From the NCBI GenBank assembly GCA_951406725.2, contig OX597816.1:136772001-136836000 (forward strand): a DNA stretch of 64,000 nt, read 5' to 3'. Origin of the DNA: Octopus vulgaris. Taxonomy: Eukaryota. Every line of letters starts with the position of its first letter. The stretch's first letter is position 1. A model generated the notes under the pieces. That model was not told the DNA's origin. It saw only the letters and a list, made by a program, of their open reading frames with translations, and searched no databases. Shown here in pieces: positions 55,959 to 64,000 of this stretch. A program made the position numbers and the translations under genes.

Positions 55959-56534
55959 ATATATATTGACATCATTACAACTTATTTTCTTGTTCCTTGA
56001 TATAAGTGGAATATACAACTAAATTCATTTCATGTTTAAAAATAGTTGTCCTGAAGATGATCTGTTTAACCGAAATGCTGAAAATAGAACAGAAAGGAAG
56101 AAAAAAATATCCAGATAATTAATTTTTGAGATGGCTTTTATTCCTTAGAATATCAAATAATATTTATAGCTTTCTTTTGATCGGGATACAAAGATACTAG
56201 AATTTTGGGAAGACAATTTATAGTGTTTGCTGTCTTTCACAAGAGCATTAGCAATATAAGCCGCGATTTGAAATCATTGAAACTGACTCACTTCAAGCGT
56301 ATATAATGGTTCACTGTTGAATTTAAGAAACACAATTGAAGAATTCCAGGAATTTGTATTTTTTAAGTAATTTCTTTGCTTCTATTGGCTTCTTTAAAAC
56401 CGCCAAAGCAATCGAATCGAATCTTATCAAAGAAAAACTGGAAAATTTGAATATCCATTATATAAATACCGTATTTTGCGGTATGGTTGACGCTGCACTG
56501 TGGAAGAGGCTCCTTGATTTTGGAAATGTAATTG

Positions 56535-56910
56535 TATCTTTTACTTGTTTCAGTCATTAGACAGCGACCATACTGGGGCACCGCCATGACAAATTTTTTG
56601 CTGAATTAATCGACCCCAGTACTTATTTTCTCTTTTAAGCCTGGTACTTATTCTATCGGTTTCTTTTTGCTGAACTGCTAAGTTATGGGGACATAAACAC
56701 ACCAGCACCAGTTGTCAAGCGATGGTGATGCACACACACACACACACACACGTGACGGTACTTCTTTCAGTTTCTATTTACCAAATCCACTCACAAGGCT
56801 TTGGTCAGCCGGAAGCTATCGTAGTAGATACTTACTCAAGGTCCCACGCAGTGGCACTGAACCCGTAACCTTGTGGTTATGAAGCAAGCTTCTTACCACA
56901 CAACCACATC
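56535..56910 (-). mobile_element. SINE family A, full copy
   Basis: Collinear with 6373-6810. Confidence 0.85.
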
Positions 56911-57131
56911 TGAAAAGAAAAAAGATTTACTTATCAAAATCTAAATCCATGTTTGAGCAAGCTTGGCAGGGAAATCAGTGGATTGCTCATGTCTGTTGTA
57001 GAGCAAAATCCCTAGTTAGTGGCCACCTACCTGGCAGTCTGCCTCATGTACTATTGAAGTACACACATATGTCATTCGACACACCATGGTGATAGTATCT
57101 TGACCGCTAGCAAAATTTTTTTCGCGTGAGA

Positions 57132-57631
57132 GTTCCGAGCCCCAGTTATGAACTCATTTGCCTACAGCCAATCAGAGCTCAACTATCAAACTAATGAGCA
57201 CATAACAAGTGATAGGCAATAAGATAAAGTCACTTGGGTAAGGAACGACCATGCTTCTTTTCTCTTTTAACAATGCTTGTTGTTCTTGCACTTGTTTCAA
57301 CCATGGCTGCCTCTGCGTAGTTGTGTTGTTGTTTACTTTGTAAAACAATGAGGGAAGAGGGTTGCTAGCACATCACCATCTACCCACATTTTTCCTATCC
57401 ACATCTTTACCATATGGGGTCCTAACAAAAATCTGATAATAGGTATAGATGCAAATCTATCTAATAACTTGTCTCCTTCTAAAATCAGGCATAACTTGGT
57501 GATCGGTTGACTTACAACACCATTCTTCGTCTTGAGTTTACTTGGCAGAGTGTGTTTGTTAGCTTGATAACAAGGTCAAGGTGAGCTCTGATTGGCTGTA
57601 TGCAAATGAGTTCATTACTGGGGTCCGGAAC
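57132..57631. mobile_element. MITE-like inverted repeat, core arms about 53 bp
   Basis: 57132-57184 is the reverse complement of 57579-57631. True ends and TSD are unresolved. Confidence 0.55.
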
Positions 57632-57929
57632 ACTTGTGGGAAGAAGATTTGCCACCTGCTAAAACTGGTCACCTACCAGCAACTAATAACCGACTACGAC
57701 TGACAGCAACCACCTCGTGTTTGCGACAACATAATGCCAGATGTTCCACGAGCCTTAACCGACATCAGTCATCTATCTAGTGTTAGATTATCAATTTCTA
57801 ATGAGTAATCTGTGAAAGAAGTGGAAATCTTTTATAAAATACTCCTTTTCTACTTATCTAACGGATTGTAGTGTTTACAATTCTTTGCTTTTTGGTTTTA
57901 TCCGCATGACAATAATGAAAATGAAAAAA

Positions 57930-58425
57930 AGAGGCATCGAAGGGGGTGATGCATACCCTGCATGCAGATACATTTTTTCGCGAATTATACTGTGGCTTAC
58001 AATGCATTGCTTACCCATGCTTTTTAATTGAACTGAATTAAGCTTTGTAAGTATTTGACTAAACTTGCTTATGGGGAAATTTGTAAGTTCGATTTTTTAT
58101 TTATTTATTTTTTTAAAGTATCACCATTATAGGTATTTATACTCTGGTGAAATAAGAAATCAACTTGTAAATAAACGAAATCCTTGAATCCATCACTGAA
58201 CACACACACACACACAGTTGCATATCTATGTATGCATTTATGTATGTTTGAAGATAATCAAACCAAATTTTCATCATTTCAAACTACTCACTCAATGAGT
58301 ATTTCTACCAAATTTGGTGAAAATCCGTTCAGCCGTTTTCCAGTAATTTTGCAAACACACAGACAGACAGACAGACAAAGATGAGTGATTACAATACCCT
58401 GCTTTCGCCTACGCTCGCAGGGTAA
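57930..58425 (+). mobile_element. Helentron/HINE-like non-autonomous element
   Basis: (GACA)n core and 3' hairpin CCCTGC...GCAGGG; homologous to 40625-42250. Confidence 0.6.
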
Positions 58426-59015
58426 TTATTTTCCATTCATAGAAGGTAAGCAAATATATATCAGCATTTATGTTTATTCTGACTAGTAAGGTGTAAAAAT
58501 AAAAACGTAATTTGATAAAAAATCAGACAAATTAAAATTTCAGGTAAGTAAACAATAAAAAGAACAGGAGAAAAAAAGCTGTAAATCTCGAAAAATCATG
58601 TCCAGTAAAACAGTGAAAAGCGTTTTATTCATCTTCTGATCCTGACATTTGAAGATGAATTCATTGCCATACTCTAAGACATTGCAGAAGGAATCATCCT
58701 TTAGTGTGAGTTTCAACTGCCAGATACTCGATTAGGCACCACGAGTGAGACACTACAATTTCATGTTATTGATTTATAAACCGACCAATCAGCGCGAAAC
58801 TGTGGTGTGACATGGCTTACTCAGATGTTCTACAATTTGTTTACTTGTTGCCCCATATAAGCCGATTGGGGCCTAATTCATGAAGCAAACTGATTCACAC
58901 ACCTCGGTTCTTGTCAAGCAAATGACCTCTGGCACTCAAGCAGACATCTTCGAACTTTTGTGCAGACAGACTGATTCTGGACATCCACACAATGTCTTAT
59001 AAGTAGCTTCTATGG

Positions 59016-61272
59016 ACGCAGCACGGTTTTTCTCTCCTCCCAGTCGGCAATTATTATTTTCATTGCAAATAGTGATTACCAAATATATTATACCCAGCAA
59101 TACATATTAAAGGTCATGAGTTGCCTAAAATCTGTGTTTTTTTTTTTTTATGATTTCTTCTAAGAATAGCCGTTTCACTGGTACTATACAAAAATAATGC
59201 TTCTTTTTATTCGCTTTTTTAAAATTCTTCTTTCCCACAGGCAAATCATCTCAGTAGGTGATGCTCCGAAGTTCCACTCTACTGCCATTCCCATGTAGCA
59301 TATTGCACTACTTCAAGATTAAAATGTGTTGCTTTTCTTATGTCTCCTTGTTAGACCTGCCAAAGATGAGGGAAATAATTCTGAAAATGGTTTGTGACAC
59401 CAGTGGAGTCCTGGTAGCGAGTGAACAACGTTCTATGCATTCAAGTGAGAATAAAAAATAAAAATAAATAAAATCATGTTCATTGAGATCAGAAGCCAAC
59501 CTTTCACAATTTCTCAATAGATGGCGCTGCTGTACCAATCTCATTAATAAACAAACAGCACAGCAGCAAAGGCAATGAAACTGCAGCAGAGTTTAAGAAA
59601 ATATTTTTATTTACTGAGTAATGATAATTGTATTTACATCAACAATATTAAATAAATAAAATGTTTTCTTGGAATAGAAAATATTTGCAATAGCTAAGTA
59701 ATGAAATAATATTTGTAAGGGGCTAATTTTAGTTAACTCAAAGAAAATCACAGCAAAAACTTTTCAACTAAGCATTGTAGAAGATGCATGGTAATTTTCA
59801 AGGTACTATTATTATTATTATTATTATTATTATTGTTATTAAGGCAGTGAGCTGGCAGAATTGTTAGTATGCTGGACAAAATGATTAGCAGCATTTCGTC
59901 TGTCGCTCTGTTCTTAGTTCAAATTCCGCCGAGATTGACTTTGCTTTTCATCCCTTCAAGGTCAATTAATTAAGTACCAGTGAATTACTGAGGTCGATAT
60001 AATCATCTAGTCCCCTCCCCACAAATTTCAGGCCTTGTGCCTTCAGTAGAAAGGATTATTATTATTATTATTATTATTATTATTTGGTAGTCTTATTTTT
60101 ATCACATACTTTCACTGCACTACTGAGCGCAGCTCTGTGTTCCTTGGGTACGCAGCACGGTTTTTCTCTCCTCCCAGTCGGCAATTATTATTTTCATTGC
60201 AAATAGTGATTACCAAATATATTATACCCAGCAATACATATTAAAGGTCATGAGTTGCCTAAAATCTGTGTTTTTTTTTTTTTATGATTTCTTCTAAGAA
60301 TAGCCGTTTCACTGGTACTATACAAAAATAATGCTTCTTTTTATTCGCTTTTTTAAAATTCTTCTTTCCCACAGGCAAATCATCTCAGTAGGTGATGCTC
60401 CGAAGTTCCACTCTACTGCCATTCCCATGTAGCATATTGCACTACTTCAAGATTAAAATGTGTTGCTTTTCTTATGTCTCCTTGTTAGACCTGCCAAAGA
60501 TGAGGGAAATAATTCTGAAAATGGTTTGTGACACCAGTGGAGTCCTGGTAGCGAGTGAACAACGTTCTATGCATTCAAGTGAGAATAAAAAATAAAAATA
60601 AATAAAATCATGTTCATTGAGATCAGAAGCCAACCTTTCACAATTTCTCAATAGATGGCGCTGCTGTACCAATCTCATTAATAAACAAACAGCACAGCAG
60701 CAAAGGCAATGAAACTGCAGCAGAGTTTAAGAAAATATTTTTATTTACTGAGTAATGATAATTGTATTTACATCAACAATATTAAATAAATAAAATGTTT
60801 TCTTGGAATAGAAAATATTTGCAATAGCTAAGTAATGAAATAATATTTGTAAGGGGCTAATTTTAGTTAACTCAAAGAAAATCACAGCAAAAACTTTTCA
60901 ACTAAGCATTGTAGAAGATGCATGGTAATTTTCAAGGTACTATTATTATTATTATTATTATTATTATTGTTATTAAGGCAGTGAGCTGGCAGAATTGTTA
61001 GTATGCTGGACAAAATGATTAGCAGCATTTCGTCTGTCGCTCTGTTCTTAGTTCAAATTCCGCCGAGATTGACTTTGCTTTTCATCCCTTCAAGGTCAAT
61101 TAATTAAGTACCAGTGAATTACTAATCATCTAGTCCCCTCCCCACAAATTTCAGGCCTTGTGCCTTCAGTAGAAAGGATTATTATTATTATTATTATTAT
61201 TATTATTTGGTAGTCTTATTTTTATCACATACTTTCACTGCACTACTGAGCGCAGCTCTGTGTTCCTTGGGT
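59016..61272. repeat. Tandem duplication, units 59016-60149 (1134 bp) and 60150-61272 (1123 bp)
   Basis: Identical ORFs offset by 1134 bp. The only difference I saw is an 11-bp deletion (GAGGTCGATAT) in copy 2. Confidence 0.97.
59842..60060 (+). mobile_element. SINE family B, (ATT)n-tail variant (duplicated at 60976-61180)
   Basis: GGCAGTGAGCTGGCAGAA...GTTCAAATTCCGCCGAG...CAGGCCTTGTGCC..GTAGAAAGG(ATT)n. Confidence 0.85.
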
Positions 61273-64000
61273 ACGTGCTATGGTTTGTTGTGATGCTCTT
61301 ATTTTTACTGTATTGAAAATGTTTTATGCATGATATGTGCAGTGCCTAGTAGTGCTATTTTCTGTATGTTATATATACTTGTTAGTCCTGGTGCTTTTGT
61401 TAAATATTTGTCTGAATATTTTGTATCATACCTAATGCGCTTACTATGATAGGAATTGTTTTTGTTTTTTGACTCCACATTCGAGTTACCTCTATTTCCA
61501 GATCTTTGTATTTTGAAAGCCTCTCCGTTTCTTTTAGAGAATCATTGTCATCTGTTGGTACTGATACATCGATTAGAAAGCATTTTTTTCTTGGTGATCT
61601 CTGACAACTATATCCGGCCTATTGGCCTTAATTTATCTGTGTATATTGGCATATCCCAGAGTATGTTTGCCTTCCTATTTTCTGTGACCTAGCATAGCTT
61701 CCAGTGTATACAGGTCCCAACTCTGTCATGTCTGTGAATATATTCCTTCTTAGCCAGGACTGGGCAGCCAGAGAAATATGATTTATTGTTTCTTCTCCAT
61801 CTCCACATATTCTGCAGTTACTTGTATTTCTTTTCATTATATGTTTTTTGGTAATTTCTGGTGGAAAGGTTTTGATCTTATGCCGCAATTAAAAATCCTT
61901 CATTCTCTGCTTTGAGTCCTGAGCTTCTCAGCCATTGTTGGGATTTTACTTTGTCTATTTCTATTCTGTTTAGATTAACCCAGTATTTGCCATGAAGGGG
62001 CTTTTCTTGCCATCGTTTTATCATGATCCGTTGCTGTTCTAGTTTTACTTTGGATTTCAGTTGTTTTACAGCTTTTGTTGTTTCTTCTTTTTCTTCATAG
62101 TTGTTAGGCACTATGACATTTTTTTTGTATTTGTCAGCTTCCTTAAAGACTGAAAATAGTTTACTTGTTTTGTGGTTATTTGTATTAGTTTTCCTTGCTT
62201 CTGAAGTAGGTATTTCTGTAGTCCTATGGTGGCTATTTTGTAATAGTTTTCTAGCTGTATAAGGCCTCTACTACCTTTGATACATTGTATATATAACTTT
62301 CCTATGTTAGATTTTAGGTGGTGCTTCCTAAATCCTGTTATTATTTTTCTTGTTTTCCTGTCTATTTTGATTAGTTCATTTAGAGCCCAGTCAAAAATAT
62401 TGTAGCAGTAACTTATAACTGAGATGGTTAGAGTGTTGATACCTATTATCTTGTTTTTTGCATTGAGCTTTCTTTTCAGTATTAATCTAACTTCTTATCT
62501 TCTTTTTCATTTGTGTATGTGTTGTATCGCATCTAGTTCTCTTATTTCATTTGCTTTATCTAGTGTAATGTTGCTACTCTTAAATAGTTTTTCTCTTTTT
62601 AAGGTTGCTTTGGCATATTTTTCTAAACCAAATTCATGTTTATTTCTTTGGTAAATCCATGTACTGTCTGTAGTAATGTTTCCAGCTGTTTATCATTTAC
62701 AGCATGCAGTTTTAGATAATCCATATATAAGAGGTGGCTAATTGTCTTGCTGTAACAGTTGTATTTACATCCAGTTCTGTTTAACATGTAAGATAAAAGT
62801 GTCAGTGCCAAGCAGAAAAGAAGTGGAGAGAGCGTTCTCTGGAATATTCCTTTTCTAATGGGGATAGCTTTGGTTTTTATCAGTCCCTCTTTTGTTTGAA
62901 CCTGTAGCACTATCTGCCATTTAGTAATGGAATGCTTTATATATTTCATGATTATTGGTGCTATCTTGGTTATGGCTAGTGTTTCTAGGATCTATGCGTG
63001 GGGAATACTATCAAAAGCCTTTCAGTAATCGATCCTTTTTTTTTGCGGCTGTCTTCAGTTATGGCTTTATTGATCAGTAGCTGATTTTTACAGCCGTATG
63101 AGCCTTGCAGCATCCCCTCTGCTCTTCTGGAAACAGGTTGTTTTCTTTCTGATGTTACTCATTCTCTGTGATATTATTGCAGTAAAGGCTTTGTAAATTG
63201 TAGGGAGACAAGTTATCGGTCTGTAATTTTGTGGGTTTGCCATTTCAGTGGACTTGGGAATTAGTATAGTTTTCCCTTCCATGAGCCATTCAGGCATTGT
63301 CTCTGGCTCTGCTTGTATTTCATTAAGTTTCTCAACCAGCCTTTTATGTGTTCCTGTTAGGTATTTTAACCAGATGTTGGGTATCTTGTCGTGCCTGGAT
63401 GCCTTCCAGTTGCTTAGTTTTTGCAGTGCCTGTGTGACCTCTTTAGTTGTTATTGGGGTCCAGAGTTGTTCAGGTGCTGTATTCGTTGTTTTGATAGACT
63501 TTGCTGAAGTTGTTCCTTCGCCAACCATATTTCTTTCTAAAATTCTTCCACTTCTTGTGCTGTTGATGCTGCATTGACATCTATTTTGTTTTTGTCAAGT
63601 TCTTAGAAGAATCTTTTGGGGTTGGAGTTGAACTGTTTGTTTTGTTCAAAGAGACGTTGGCGTTTCTCATATTGGCAGATTCTTTGTGCTTTGGCAAGGA
63701 TACCTTGCTTTAGCTGTTCTTTTACCACAGGTATACCTTGTTCTGTAATTTTGTATTTATGTAGTATTTTTCTCTCTTCTTGTTGCTTAGTAGGGTTGAT
63801 TGTCTACTAGTTTCATTCAGGACTAACAGATCCTTTCTCCTATTCTCTATTTTTTTCTGGATATTATTTATCCACGGGGGTTTAATTGGGTGGTGATGCT
63901 CCTGTTTGCATGGGTTTTAGTAGGTATCCAGCTTCTTTTGTGACCACAGAGGCTGCTGCATATGTTATATCATTTAGCCTGGTCATATTGACATTTCTTT
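61206..64000 (-). mobile_element. R4/Dong-like RLE LINE, pseudogenised, running off the window
   Basis: NYRPITCLPTIYKAFT, GIFQ..LSPLLFCLAL, SHLLYMDYLKL, WLRSSGLKAENEGFLIAA, CRICGDGEETINHI and RPDIV; the 3' end abuts (TAA)n. Confidence 0.9.

Noticed and set aside
56050-56085. CTGAAGA...GAAA hammerhead candidate
   Set aside because: Stems I-III do not pair convincingly.
59258-59461. Duplicated 67-aa ORF as a tandem gene pair
   Set aside because: No recognisable domain; identity is explained by the DNA duplication.

Overview
AT-rich, microsatellite-dense eukaryotic DNA with no supportable host protein-coding gene. The tRNA-derived SINEs and (TA)n/(CATA)n/(CA)n tracts look like octopus (cephalopod) intergenic or intronic DNA; that is an inference from memory, not a search. 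The only intact gene is tRNA-Ser(CGA) at 3951-4032. The rest is mostly decayed mobile elements: Tx1/L1, RTE, CRE-like and R4/Dong-like LINEs, Penelope-like elements, two Tigger/pogo copies, Tc1/mariner, hAT and Merlin-like MITEs, Helitrons, a probable solo LTR and three to four SINE families. Almost all ORF-track entries are microsatellite artefacts. Main observations: (1) a pair of minimal hammerhead ribozymes forming a palindrome inside (TA)n at 51.4-51.55 kb, with decayed hammerhead-like ends elsewhere; (2) a 3.3-kb nested palindrome centred on (TA)n, next to a second 455-bp inverted duplication; (3) an RLE-type LINE apparently inserted in (CATA)n; (4) a SINE with two alternative tails, one resembling the Tx1/L1 3' end; (5) a monomer and a fold-back dimer of a TTAGGG-bearing MITE with 8-bp target-site duplications. 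All coordinates were counted by hand, and no database searches were run.
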